From Macrostomum lignano (Eukaryota), in the NCBI GenBank assembly GCA_002269645.1, contig NIVC01003986.1, forward strand, positions 2,341 to 66,340: 64,000 nt of DNA. Direction: 5' to 3'. The number at the start of each line of letters is the position of its first letter. The first letter of the stretch is position 1. Position numbers and translations under genes: made by a program. The notes beneath the pieces are model-generated. The model worked only from the letters and a program-made list of their open reading frames with translations. It made no database searches and was not told the DNA's origin. This document shows, in pieces, positions 33,491 to 46,834 of the stretch.

Positions 33491-33744
33491 AATTCTTGTC
33501 ATGGGCAGCACCGAATACCGGCACTTCTCAGTGGCCTCCCATCCCGACGTTACCGACGGTTAGCCTCTAAATTTGCAAAGGAATTTCATTGCTTAATTGC
33601 AGAAAATTTTAACTATTTTCAATATTACGGGGCGTCTCTACATTCAGTTTACTTTTTTAATCTACTACTCATGTGATAGACTATTTTTCTGCCGCTGTAT
33701 CAAACTGTTCCCACCGGCCACCGAAGCGTCCTGCCGCCCTAGCC

Positions 33745-34750
33745 GGAGGCTCATCTGTGCTAGCTACCCTATAGCTGGAGACTCATCTGTGCTAGCTACC
33801 CTATAGCTGGAGATTAATCTGTGCTAGCTACCCTATAGCTGGAGACTCATCTGTGCTAGCTACCCTATAGCTGGAGATTCATCTGTGCTAGCTACCCTAT
33901 AGCTGGAGACTCATCTGTGCTAGCTACCCTATAGCTGGAGATTCATCCGTGCTAGCTACCCTATAGCTGGAGACTCATCTGTGCTAGCTACCCTATAGCT
34001 GGAGACTCATCTGTGCTAGCTACCCTATAGCTGGAGATTCATCTGTGCTAGCTACCCTATAGCTGGAGACTCATCTGTGCTAGCTACCCTATAGCTGGAG
34101 ATTCATCTGTGCTAGCTACCCTATAGCTGGAGACTCATCTGTGCCAGCTACCCTATAGCTGGAGACTCATCTGTGCTAGCTACCCTATAGCTGGAGATTC
34201 ATCTGTGCTAGCTACCCTACAGCTGGAGACTCATCTGTGCTAGCTACCCTATAGCTGGAGACTCATCTGTGCTAGCTACCCTATAGCTGGAGACTCATCT
34301 GTGCTAGCTACCCTATAGCTGGAGACTCATCCGTGCTAGCTACCCTATAGCTGGAGACTCATCTGTGCTAGCTACCCTATAGCTGGAGACTCATCTGTGC
34401 CAGCTACCCTATAGCTGGAGACTCATCTGTGCTAGCTACCCTATAGCTGGAGACTCATCTGTGCTAGCTACCCTATAGCTGGAGACTCATCTGTGCTAGC
34501 TACCCTAGCTGGGAGGGTCATGTTTGCCAGCTACCCTAGCTGGGAGGGTCATGTTTGCCAGCTACCCTAGCTGGGAGGGTCATGTTTGCCAGCTACCCTA
34601 GCTGGGAGGGTCATGTTTGCCAGCTACCCTAGCTGGGAGGGTCATGTTTGCCAGCTACCCTAGCTGGGAAGGTCATGTTTGCCAGCTACCCTAGCTGGGA
34701 GGGTCATGTTTGCCAGCTACCCTAGCTGGGAGGGTCATGTTTGCCAGCTA
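33745..34750. repeat. 32-bp satellite grading into a related 31-bp satellite
   Basis: CATCTGTGCTAGCTACCCTATAGCTGGAGACT changes to AGCTACCCTAGCTGGGAGGGTCATGTTTGCC at ~34500. Confidence 0.93.
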
Positions 34751-34989
34751 CTGTAGCAGTTGACAGTTCAAAGAAATCAAACTTGAGTTTGAATATTCCC
34801 TGAAGTTGAAAATGATTCCATGCAGAAACTTTGTTACATGTCTTCTCAGCTTTGCTTAACTCATTCAGAAGTGCCATGATACGGCTGCAGTTAACAATCT
34901 CACCACTGTACTTCCATTGCACTTGGAGATCTTGCAACAGTTTAACTGGCCAACGGATGCGCACAAAATGCGCAGAAAAAAAGTTCAGC

Positions 34990-36045
34990 ATGGACAGGAC
35001 AGCAGGTGATATGACAGCAACTGGTGGACAGGACAGCAGGTGATATGACAGCAACTGGTGGACAGGACAACAGGTGATGTGACAGCAACTGGTGGACAGG
35101 ACAGCAGGTGATATGACAGCAACTGGTGGACAGGACAACAGGTGATATGACAGCAACTGGTGGACAGGACAGCAGGTGATATGACAGCAACTGGTGGACA
35201 GGACAGCAGGTGATGTGACAGCAACTGGTGGACAGGACAGCAGGTGATGTGACAGTAACTGGTGGACAGGACAGCAGGTGATGTGACAGCAACTGGTGGA
35301 CAGGACAGCAGGTGATGTGACAGCAACTGGTGGACAGGACAGCAGGTGATGTGACAGCAACTGGTGGACAGGACAGCAGGTGATGTGACAGCAACTGGTG
35401 GACAGGACAACAGGTGATGTGACAGTAACTGGTGGACAGGACAGCAGGTGATATGACAGCAACTGGTGGACAGGACAGCAGGTGATGTGACAGCAACTGG
35501 TGGACAGGACAGCAGGTGATGTGACAGCAACTGGTGAACAGGACAGCAGGTGATGTGACAGCAACTGGTGGACAGGACAGCAGGTGATGTGACAGTAACT
35601 GGTGGACAGGACAGCAGGTGATATGACAGCAACTGGTGGACAGGACAGCAGGTGATGTGACAGCAACTGGTGGACAGGACAGCAGGTGATATGACAGCAA
35701 CTGGTGGACAGGACAGCAGGTGATGTGATAGAAACTGGTGGACAGGACAGCAGGTGATGTGACAGTAACTGGTGGACAGGACAGCAGGTGATGTGACAGC
35801 AACTGGTGGACAGGACAGCAGGTGATGTGACAGCAACTGGTGGACAGGACAGCAGGTGATGTGACAGCAACTGGTGGACAGGACAGCAGGTGATGTGACA
35901 GCAACTGGTGGACAGGACAGCAGGTGATGTGACAGTAACTGGTGGACAGGACAGCAGGTGATGTGACAGCAACTGGTGGACAGGACAGCAGGTGATGTGA
36001 CAGTAACTGGTGGACAGGACAGCAGGTGATGTGACAGTAACTGGA
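34990..36045. repeat. 34-bp minisatellite, ~31 copies
   Basis: Unit GGACAGGACAGCAGGTGATGTGACAGCAACTGGT. Confidence 0.95.
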
Positions 36046-36599
36046 CAGCTGATAAGTTGGGCAGGAAAGCATACGGTGTCCTCACGGGATTGTGACGGCG
36101 CTCATTAGGGATTCACCAGGTGTGACAGGCTGACAGTTTCGAGTTTTACGCGCATGCATAAATTGGTACAGAGTTAAAACTCCAGTTCATGATATTATCG
36201 TCCAAATGGAGTTCTCGATCGCTGCATTCATATTTCAGCATCAATATACGAGTATAACCAATATTGGAGTTACTGACGCCGCGTGTGGCTGATCAGAAAA
36301 CACTCTACTTGCTACTGGCATGAGCGCTTAGGCAGTAGTGAGGTGCGGATCTGACTGCTGCTTTATTGAGACAGCGACGCCAGCACCGCCGCCAGCTCGT
36401 CGGCCACGGCTGAGAACACGAACTCCAGCTGCTCCTGAGGGTGGAGGTGCAGTTATAAGCGTTTTATCTGATAGCGACCGTCGGGTCTGGCGCAGTCCAA
36501 GTGGCTGTGCGAGAGACGGTAAGCAGTGACAATGTGCGCCTGCGAGCCTGAATCATGAGCTCATGCAGACACGCCAGCATAGGAAGTACAGCAGCCCTC

Positions 36600-37200
36600 T
36601 CTCTGATGTATCTTAAGATGTGTCTCTGCTGTGCCTTTGATGCCTCAGTTGTATCCCTGATGTGTCTCTGGTGTATCTCTGCTGTGTCTCTGATGTTTCT
36701 TTGATGTATCTCTGATGTGTCTCTGATGTGTCTCTGGTGTGTGTCTGATGTATCTATGATGTATCTCTGGTGTATCTCTGATGTATCTCTGATGTATCTC
36801 TGATGTATCTCTGGTGTATCTCTGATGTATCTCTGATGTATCTCTGATGTATCTCTGATGTATCTCTGATGTATCTCTGATGTATCTCTGATGTATCTCT
36901 GATGTATCTCTGGTGTATCTCTGATGTATCTCTGATGTATCTCTGGTGTATCTCTGATGTATCTCTGATGTATCTCTGATGTATCTCTGGTGTATCTCTG
37001 ATGTATCTCTGATGTATCTCTGATGTATCTCTGATGTATCTCTGATGTATCTCTGATGTATCTCTGATGTATCTCTGGTGTATCTCTGATGTATCTCTGA
37101 TGTATCTCTGGTGTATCTCTGATGTATCTCTGGTGTATCTCTGATGTATCTCTAGTGTATCTCTGATGTATCTCTGATGTATCTCTGGTGTATCTCTGGT
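36600..37200. repeat. 11-bp minisatellite
   Basis: Unit TGATGTATCTC. Confidence 0.93.
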
Positions 37201-37631
37201 GCGTATCTAATGTGTTTTCGATGTGTCTCGGATATGGCGTGACTCTACATCTATCAAACAAATGCAAGTCCTCGAATTTCAGCTGTCCGCCTGCCCCTCC
37301 CACCTTTTCTCGCCCAGTTATCCTGCACTCCACCTCTGGCCCAGAAGCCCCGCCGCAGATCCCGTCGGCCGGAAACTCGGCAATCCGAGCACGCAGACTC
37401 GGCTTCATCAAGCAGCTCAGTCAGCGCTCGGTCCCGACGGAACTTTCTGGGGCTTCAAAAAATGGCGACCATTCTGGATCTGGGGCCGCCCCCTGTCGCA
37501 GACGCGTACATGAGTGTGGAATTGCAGAGGGCTCGGGTCCCTCCCGGCTGTTGGAGACTTCAAAGCGGAAGATCTTTCTCGAGTAAAAATAGCTTGAAAG
37601 CTGCGATAGACAAGAATTTCTCTGTGAACTG

Positions 37632-37802
37632 TCAGGGGGTTTCATATTTAATATCCCCGACACCTTATATCTTCAACAGGGTTTGGGTTAGGGTTGGGGT
37701 TAGGGTTAGGGTTAGGGTTAGGGTTGGATCCGAAGTTATGAAGTTTCGGAAATATGAAAGAGGTGCTGTCAGAGGTGTGAAATTATGGAGGCACCCCCCT
37801 GA
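37632..37802. mobile_element. Small palindromic element containing a (TTAGGG)n tract
   Basis: Ends TCAGGGGGT...ACCCCCCTGA; inner IR TTTCATATTT/AAATATGAAA; TTAGGG repeats at 37681-37725. Confidence 0.55.
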
Positions 37803-38134
37803 AATAGTTATTAGATTCAATCACCAATATAAATTACAATAAAGAACAATACTAATAATAAAGATAATTATGTAACACTTAAAGGACGACTGCGGCCCCT
37901 GGCGATCGCTTCACAACCAGCGCTGAGGCGATTCTGCCCATTCCGCTGGCTCCTGAGCACATGCAAGCCAACACTGTACGCAGGCACTCATGCACACGCT
38001 CGCACAGCAGGGTGAACAGCGGCCCCGTCTTCTAACCATCAGACAGGTGCACTCTCGGTGCCTTGGGGGATACCCTCATGTATATGAATTGCACGACAAC
38101 CTCCCGGCCAAAAGTCTGGCAAACTGTCACCCAC

Positions 38135-41100
38135 CGCGGTGTCCACCAGTCCTGGCCGTTGGTCTCGCAGGTGCTCCAGCGAGGCCGCCAGCGAGACCTC
38201 CTTGAGGCAGCCGATGCCGCTGCACAGGCGGGCGAGCACCGAGTCCAGCAGGCAAAATGCTCCGGACCGCCCGGCACCGTCGCTGCAGCGGAGGCGAGGC
38301 TGAGCTTTCAGCAACAGAATTTCAATTCAAATGCAGCAGCCATTCTGGCTGAGCAATGCTCACCTGCAGTGTACAATCAGCGGCGAGCTCCGGCTTCTGT
38401 ACGATTTGTTCACCTTCCTATGGGTGAAAGGGTTAAGTGAACTGAATGAACTGAGAAGCAGAACAAGCATTGGTATCAGATCCAAGCCCCCCAAGCTGAG
38501 CAGAGTGTGGCACCCCGGCTGAGCAGAGTGTGACACCCCAGCTGAGCAGAGTGTGGCACCCCGGCTGAGCAGAGTGTGACACCCCAGCTGAGCAGAGTGT
38601 GACACCCCGGCTGAGCAGAGTGTGGCACCCCAGCTGAGCAGAGTGTGACACCCCGGCTGAGCAGAGTGTGGCACCCCGGCTAAGCAGAGTGTGACACCCC
38701 AGCTGAGCAGAGTGTGGCACCCCGGCTAAGCAGAGTGTGGCACCCCGGCTAAGCAGAGTGTGGCACCCCAGCTGAGCAGAGTGTGACACCCCGGCTGAGC
38801 AGAGTGTGGCACCCCAGATGAGCAGAGTGTGACACCCCGGCTAAGCAGAGTGTGGCACCCCGGCTAAGCAGAGTGTGACACCCCAGCTGAGTAGAGTGTG
38901 ACACCCCGGCTGAGCAGAGTGTGACACCCCGGCTGAGCAGAGTGTGACACCCCGGCTGAGCAGAGCAGAGTGCCGGTCTCACCTCCTGAACTCCAGCAAG
39001 CTGCTGGTGCTGGGCGGCACGCCGGCCTCCTCCCAGCTCAGGTAGTGGAACTGCGTCACCGTCCTGGCCGGGCCCAGCCTTCGCCGCTCGGCCCCGGCAG
39101 CTGCCAGCGGTCGGACGCGCAGACTGCGTATCACAAAATGGTCGCTGCAGACATGCTCGGAGACCAGGTGTACCTGAGGTAATCGGATGAGCTGTTACGA
39201 CCTGCCTGACTGTCGGTCCCAATTTATCTCAATCATTCAAACATAATTAATGACTCCTAACGTCAATCAAGGACACCCGACATCAATCAAGGACACCCGA
39301 CATCAATCAAGGACACCCGACATCAATCAAGGACACCCGACATCAATCAAGGACACCCGACATCAATCAAGGACACCCGACATCAATCAAGGACACCCAA
39401 CATCAATCAAGGACACCCAATATCAATCAAGGACACCCAACATCAATCAAGGACACCCAACATCAATCAAGGACACCCAACATCAATCAAGGACACCCAA
39501 CATCAATCAAGGACACCCAACATCAATCAAGGACACCCAACATCAATCAAGGACACCCAATATCAATCAAGGACACCCAACATCAATCAAGGACACCCAA
39601 CATCAATCAAGGACACCCAACATCAACCAAGGACACCCAACATCAACCAAGGACACCCAACATCAATCAAAGACACCCAACATCAATCAAGGACACCCAA
39701 CATCAATCGGACACCCAACATCAACCAAGGACACCCAACATCAACCAAGGACACCGAATACTCGTACCAGCCAAAGGCCGTCGGAATCAGCAGCCCCAGC
39801 CAAGGGTTTCCAACCCAGGTGTCGGCGGTCTCACCTGGAAGCCGCCGAACTGGGCGCAGCCGCGGTCCGGCCAGTAGTCGGGCAGGCCGGGCTCGCCGGG
39901 CCGGGCCAGGTTGACCAGCCCGGTGGCGCCCGTCTGCCACACCAGACGCCAGAACTCGCCGATGGTGGCGGTCAGCGGGCTCTGCGTGAGGATGTGGCCG
40001 CCGCCGCCGCCGCCGCCGTCCCCGCGGAGATGCCGCGGCAGGCGGCTGTCCTGGACGAGGCTAGCGTTGATGTAGTCGGAGGCGCCGGGCGTGTCTGGGA
40101 GCAGTCGGACTCGGGTTCTGTCGTCTGCGAGTTTTTTTTGGAGATTTCTCGATGACTGAGTCGCAGTTTAAATATGGGCCCAACTGCGGTGCTTTGAGCT
40201 CAGAAATGATTGAGTTTGGGAAGGGTTGAGATTGGGAAGGGTTGAGATTGGGAAGGGTTGAGATTGGGAAGGTTGAGATTGGAAGGTTGAGATTGGAAGG
40301 TTGAGATTGGAAGGTTGAGATTGGGAAGGGTTCAGATTGGGAAGGGTTCAATTGGGAAGGGTTGAGATTAGGAAGGGTTGAGATTGGGAAGGGTTCAGAT
40401 TGGGAAGGGTTGAGATTGGGAAGGGTTCAGATTGGGAAGGGTTCAATTGGGAAGGGTTGAGATTGGGAAGGGTTGAGATTGGGAAGGGTTGAGATTGGGA
40501 AGGGTTGAGATTGGGAAGGGTTGAGATTGGGAAGGGTTGAGATTGGGAAGGGTTGAGATTGGGAAGGTTGGGAAGCGGCTAGATGAGTTTGTTCAATCCG
40601 CAGAAACCGAGGGATTCCTTTAATTCGGTTTGGACACAGCCGTTCCCTGGGGAAAAGCTTAAAACAGCTGTCAGGCAGGAGACGGAGGGCAGACAGAGAG
40701 ATGGGGAATGAAGCTGGACTCACACGGCAGGCGGTCCGGCCGCCGGTTTTTGTCGGCGTTTTCTGGCCGGGTGGCTGCGCTGAACAACCGGCCGTCCTGC
40801 TGGTGCGGCTGCCGCGCCGCTTCCTGCAGCTCCTCCCATTCCTCGCGGAGCTTCTGCTTGTCCGACAGGTGCATCTCCATGTAGTCCTGGGAGCCACGGT
40901 TGCGGGTGGGATTTCTTTCTTAGCTTCTGGTTGGCTGGCTGGGTTCCCAGAGTCATCCAGACTTAGAATACTCCCTTCTTATTATGACGGTTGCTCCAAT
41001 CTAGAAATAATAACTGATCAGATCCGGGGATTCCCTGAAGTCTAACAATAGTCAAGTAGATTGGATTTGGGGATTCCCTGTGATCTAAAAATAGGCAAGT

Positions 41101-43355
41101 TGATTAGTTTGGGATTCCCTGTGATCCAAAAATAGGCAAGTTGATTAGTTTGGGATTCCCTGTGATCCAAAATAGGCAAGTTGATTAGTTTGGGATTCCC
41201 TGTGATAAAAAATAGACATAACTAATTTTGGGGATTCCCGTGATCTAAAATGCATGAATCTCCGGGTTTCAAAGTAAATATGTTGCAAATAGCAGTTAGT
41301 TGTCCTGAATTCTGGGGATTTCTTGATGATCTGTAAAAATCGTTGGTTGCTGCCACGACGAAATGCACCATGAGATTTCCTTCTAAAACAGCAATCCAGA
41401 CTCAGAGACAGCTTTTTTCATAATCAAAACCGGCGAACAGACGAAACTGAAATGCTCACCAGGATGATGTGAGCAGTGCGGATGTCCAGCTCTGCTCGCA
41501 GAGGTTCCTGGCACCTGTGGATAATTAACATCACCAGGATGGCTCATTAACAACTGACAGGACATCCGCAATAAACTCTAGTTTTGTGCAAACAGGCCAG
41601 CTCTGCACAGCAAAAAGTTCGTCTGTCACGAGCAGCGAAGAGAAGCGGTGCCCTGCTACTCTATTTTTAGCATTCGGAAGGGACGAATTAGGCCGGTTTG
41701 ATGGAGTTGCCAGGGGAAAGGAGGCCAGTATTTGACAGGGACAGGGAGCATGGAACAGGAAGGGAGGGCGATGGGGAGGGTGAACAAGGGTGGCTGGCTG
41801 GGGAAGGTCTCAGCGTCTCAGCGAGAGCTTCTCATCAATGCAGCCCCGATGGCAGGGGGATAAGCAAAGTAGGGGATCTCTTTACAGTGCGAGTTTGAGA
41901 GCAGCTGCAGCAGATTACGCTTACAATACCGGCTCACTGCAGCTCGAAATTCTTGCTCACAGCTCTTCTCTTGCACCCTGAAACCTCTCCTCTTGCACCC
42001 TGAAACCTCTCCTCTTGCACCCTGAAACCTCTCCTCTTGCACCCTGAAACCTCTCCTCTTGCACCCTGAAACCTCTCCTCTTGCACCCTGAAACCTCTCC
42101 TCTTGCACCCTGAAACCTCTCCTCTTGCACCCTGAAACCTCTCCTCTTGCACCCTGAAACCTCTCCTCTTGCACCCTGAAACCTCTCCTCTTGCACCCTG
42201 AAACCTCTCCTCTTGCACCCTGAAACCTCTCCTCTTGCACCCTGAAACCTCTCCTCTTGCACCCTGAAACCTCTCCTCTTGCACCCTGAAACCTCTCCTC
42301 TTGCACCCTGAAACCTCTCCTCTTGCACCCTGAAACCTCTCCTCTTGCACCCTGAAACCTCTCCTCTTGCACCCTGAAACCTCTCCTCTTGCACCCTGAA
42401 ACCTCTCCTCTTGCACCCTGAAACCTCTCCTCTTGCACCCTGAAACCTCTCCTCTTGCACCCTGAAACCTCTCCTCTTGCACCCTGAAACCTCTCCTCTT
42501 GCACCCTGAAACCTCTCCTCTTGCACCCTGAAACCTCTCCTCTTGCACCCTGAAACCTCTCCTCTTGCACCCTGAAACCTCTCCTCTTGCACCCTGAAAC
42601 CTCTCCTCTTGCACCCTGAAACCTCTCCTCTTGCACCCTGAAACCTCTCCTCTTGCACCCTGAAACCTCTCCTCTTGCACCCTGAAACCTCTCCTCTTGC
42701 ACCCTGAAACCTCTCCTCTTGCACCCTGAAACCTCTCCTCTTGCACCCTGAAACCTCTCCTCTTGCACCCTGAAACCTCTCCTCTTGCACCCTGAAACCT
42801 CTCCTCTTGCACCCTGAAACCTCTCCTCTTGCACCCTGAAACCTCTCCTCTTGCACCCTGAAACCTCTCCTCTTGCACCCTGAAACCTCTCCTATTGCAC
42901 CTACCTGGCGTTGAGGATGACCAGGTCGGAGCTGCGGCCCCAGTCGCAGACAGTCGCAGGGTTGTCGCGCACGATGACTCTGAGTTCGAGTTGCTGCTGC
43001 TGCTGCTGCTGCTGGAGACTCCGCAGACTCTGCAGGCTCATGAGCTGTTGCTGCGGCTGCCGCAGCTGCTGCGAAGGCGGCGGCGACGGCTGGCGCTGTG
43101 GCGTCGCGTCGGCGGCTGAGCTGTCGGCCAGCAGCAGCGAAGATTCGTCCGTCTCGTCCTGCGGCAGGCCGGAGTCGCTGGACTTGCAGTCTCCGGTGGC
43201 GGCCGCTGCCGACACGCCACCGGCTGCTGTGACGGCGCCCTCACCGCCGGCGTTGGTGGCCGACGAAGCGGTGGCAGCGGCCGCGGGGAGCCGAAGCTCA
43301 GCAGCCGGTCCAGGTCGAAGTCCGTGGAGAAAATCGACTGCAGCATTGCTGGGGC
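38135..43355 (-). CDS. PTPRN: IA-2/phogrin (PTPRN/PTPRN2)-type receptor tyrosine pseudophosphatase, cytoplasmic exons (43355-42905, 41514-41460, 40886-40724, 40124-39835, 39173-38983, 38417-38364, 38282-38135); 5' exons and last exon not resolved
   Basis: [76 protein letters not shown] (IA-2-type Asp), [12 protein letters not shown]. Splice phases are consistent. Confidence 0.9.
38495..38965. repeat. 23-bp intronic minisatellite
   Basis: Unit GCTGAGCAGAGTGTG(A/G)CACCCC(A/G). Confidence 0.95.
39262..39755. repeat. 20-bp intronic minisatellite
   Basis: Unit CATCAATCAAGGACACCC(G/A)A. Confidence 0.95.
40215..40572. repeat. 16-bp G-rich intronic minisatellite
   Basis: Unit GGGAAGGGTTGAGATT. Confidence 0.93.
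41971..42897. repeat. 22-bp near-perfect intronic minisatellite, ~42 copies
   Basis: Unit TTGCACCCTGAAACCTCTCCTC. Confidence 0.97.
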
Positions 43356-43409
43356 CTGGCGAGTTAGAGAGGGGCTCAGCTGCTCGTCAGCCTCGTAGCT
43401 GTGTACAAC

Positions 43410-43850
43410 CGAATGGTTGCTGAGTGCACCCAATAGTTTCTGAGCACACCCTCTGGTTGCTGTGTGTATCCAACAGTCGCTGAGCACACCCTCTGGTTGC
43501 TGTGTGCACCCAACAGTCGCTGAGCACACCCTCTGGTTGCTGAGCACACCCTCTGGTCGCTGAGCACACCCTCTGGTTGCTGAGCACACCCGCTGGTTGC
43601 TGTGTGCACCCAATAGTCGCTGAGCACACCCTCTGGTCGCTGAGCACACCCTCTGGTCGCTGAGCACACCCTCTGGTTGCTGTGTGCACCCAATAGTCGC
43701 TGAGCACACCCTCTGGTTGCTGAGTACACCCACTGGTTGCTGAGCACACCCACTGGTTGCTGAGCACACCCACTGGTTGCTGTGTGCACCCAGTAGTCGC
43801 TGAGCACACCCTCTGGTTGCTGAGTACACCCGATGGTTGCTGAGTAAACC
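43410..43850. repeat. ~20-bp variant minisatellite
   Basis: Unit GCTGAGCACACCCTCTGGT(T/C) with interspersed variants. Confidence 0.9.
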
Positions 43851-44544
43851 TAATGGTTGCTGCTGAGTACACCCTAATCCATTGAGTAACACCTGAAGAT
43901 AGGGTGTACTCCAACCCCCAACCCCCAATGTGAATCTGAGCTATCAATCTCAAGATTGAATAAGCCCCTGAGGGCAAAAGTGCAAAGCTGAGAACTGATG
44001 AGGCATGAAAGCAGCTGACGCCGTCCCGCCATTCGCCACGGAGCCAAGCGTGGAGTCGCTGATTTAATCTCAGCTGCCGCGCAGGCGGATCGATCTGCCT
44101 CCCTCCCAGCTCGGGGCTGCTGCTCTCAGCTTCTCCATTTTCTCAGCGGGGTGGCTATTTTTAAACCTCTGTCCCTCTCCGGTCTGCTCTCAACCTGCTG
44201 CACCGCGGCGCCCAACTCATTCATCTCTGGCCTCGCAGCTCTTGTATAGCTGCTATAGTGCTAAAGTGCAATGCAGATTAGCATGCTCTCGGCGTTCATC
44301 AGCGAGAGCAGCTGACTTTTATATTCATGACTTCTGATTGCAGGCAGCCTTTCAGCATAGCCCAGTCACCGAGTTGAAGGCACTTGAAATTCCTTTGAAT
44401 GGCACATAATTTGCTTGGATTGATTGTTTACTTTGAGAAATCAGTGACAAAATACCCTCCCATGCCATGAGAGCTAGATGAATGCTTGAGTACTATTTAC
44501 ATTAGCGGAGTGCCTAAGCGCCAAAGTGTGGGTTAAGTTAAGCG

Positions 44545-44990
44545 CCAAAATGAGTGTCTAAGCACCAGAGTGAGTGTCTAAGCACCAGAGTGAGAGTCTA
44601 AGCACCAGAGTGAGTGTCTAAGCACCAGAGTGAGAGTCTAAGCACCAGAGTGAGAGTCTAAGCACCAGAGTGAGAGTCTAAGCACCAGAGTGAGAGTCAA
44701 AGCACCAGAGTGAGAGTCTAAGCCCTAAAGTGAGGGTATAAGCCCTTAAGTGAGGGTATAAGCCCCTAAGTGAGGGTATAAGCCCTACAGTGAGGGTATA
44801 AGCCCCTAAGTGGGGGTATAAGCCTAAAGTGAGGGTATAAGCCCTAAAATGAGGGTCTAAGCCCTAAAGTGAGGGTATAAGCCCTAAAGTGAGGGTATAA
44901 GTCCTAAAGTGAGGGTCTAAGCCCTGAAGTGAGGGTCAAAGCGCCCAAGTGAGGGTTTAAGCCCTAAACTGAGGGTATAAGCGCCAAACT
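44545..44990. repeat. 20-bp satellite with progressive unit drift
   Basis: CTAAGCACCAGAGTGAGAGT drifts to TAAGCCCTAAAGTGAGGGTA. Confidence 0.9.
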
Positions 44991-46834
44991 TGAGCCGCCA
45001 CTTACAGCAAAAGCGCGCCGCCGGATCGCCGAGTTTATTAGCTGAGCAGAAGCTGCGCCGAGGCCAAGGCTGAGCAGTGAGTAGGCAAGCAACTCCAACT
45101 TTTGCTATTCTGTCCGCGGACAGCCGCTGCAGGATTTGTAAGCAGGGGAGGCGGAGGTGGGGAGGCGGGGGATTAGGGGCAGGGGGCGACCACCTCCCTA
45201 GCCCGCCAGTTCTTTCTCACCCGTCGACTTTTCTCACCCCGGCAGGGGGGGGGGCGCGTCTGAATGAACCCTCTCTGGGGAGGGAGGGACCTGGGCTAAA
45301 AATAGCCCGCGGGTTGGGGTGGTGGGGCGGGGATCAGCAGCGGCAGGGAGTACAGCGGGGCGGCCAGAAACTTCATGCCCGCGCTTTCAATTCTCCGGAA
45401 AGTCAGGCGAAGGCTGGGGGGAACACTGCAGGGATGCGGACAGCTACAAGCTTATGCACTGGCACAGGAGACAGGCTGAGCAGCCCTGCCGAATGGAGGG
45501 TCAGCTTAAAGCCAAAGCAAACAGATTGACGGCGGAACCCCCGCCGCCCTCGCTTCGCCCGGGCTTTTGCACTCTTGTCTGCCCCCTCGAGCGCCTTAAT
45601 CCCCCAGCCCCACCCACTAATCCTTCTCGAACCACTTGGAGTCGCCCATGGGAGACACTTAGCAGAAGACTCGCTCGCAGGCACTCAGCGCTGTGTTTTA
45701 CTGGAGCGAGCCGCACTCCCGGCCTGCCCGACTCGTTTTGGCCTGCAGTCAGCCGCGAACCCCCGCGGGGATCGCGCGGTTTCTTCCGGCCGAATTGAAG
45801 CGGCAGGCATGGGAGAGCACGCGTGCGGCCCCGCCCTGATGCTCCGCTGTCTGCTTTAATGCTGCGAGTCCGGATTGCTGAACTGCAAAGCAATGGCCAG
45901 GAGAGTCTGATCCAGCTAAATGAGTCATTCACTTGGTGTGGCACCGCTGCGGAAGGCAACTTCCTGCGTGAGGTGCTTTGCAGCTCCCATGATGGGCGAA
46001 GGTTGGGCCCGCCACTCTCTGTGTGCTTGAGGGCACCATAATGCGCTGGGGCGCCACTCTTTGTGCGTTGGCGGTGCCAAAATGTGTGTTGGGGGCGCTA
46101 CTCTGTGTTGGGGGCGCTACTGTGTTGGGGCGCTACTCTGTGTTGGGGGCGCTACTCTGTGTGTTGAGGCTGCAAATCTTTGTGTTGGGGCGCCTCCTTC
46201 TGTGAGTTGGCGGCGCCAAAATGTGCGAGTATGTTAGGAGCGCCATGTGTTGGGATGGCCATGTGTGTGGGGGGGCCATGATGTCAGGGGGCGACACAAG
46301 CCGCCAGTGTTACATGTACATGTGGGGCATCACAAAACGCAGCTCAAGCAACCGTTAATTTTTCTTGACAGTCGCTCTTGCTTTGCCGCAGGTCCAGTGC
46401 AGCCCTGCGGGGGGCACAGCAGGGGGCCACAGCTGAGCATTTAAACGAGCTGAGCAGCCAAAGCTGATCCTGCATGATGAAGCGCAGGGCTGCTGGCACT
46501 GCCTAAGAGTCACGCAAAAGAAGCTTGACTTTCCCCTGCCACATCTCCGATCCCAAAATCCTTTGTCTCGCCCCGTCGCTACATGAGCTCGTAATTGGGA
46601 TTTTTATCCGCTCGGCACGGGATCGGGTTGCACGCGAGTCGCGCTGAAAACATGGGGACTGCAGCTCCCGCGGCTCTCAGGTTTCCATGCATTGATTTCC
46701 ATGCAGTCTCATTTCTGTTGCCTCACTGAGCCCCGGGGCCAGAGATGGGGCGGGAAGGCGGAGCAGAAAGATCATCATGAGATTCTGCAAACATTATAGA
46801 GTACCTTATAGTTGGCAGCAGTTTCCTCAAAAGA

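Noticed and set aside
32213-33676. 487-aa EFRE-repeat protein
   Set aside because: It is an in-frame reading of the 12-bp telomere-like satellite; the flanks have no coding bias.
34722-36085. Cys/His-rich metal-binding-like ORFs
   Set aside because: Artefact of the 34-bp satellite.
36464-37411. Possible gene around the 11-bp repeat (KPSLRARIAEF...ITGREK|GT)
   Set aside because: One plausible exon with a donor, but there is no recognisable homology or consistent gene model.
41818-42878. Three ~300-aa [10 protein letters not shown] ORFs
   Set aside because: The same peptide appears in all three frames because the unit is 22 bp; it lies in a PTPRN intron.
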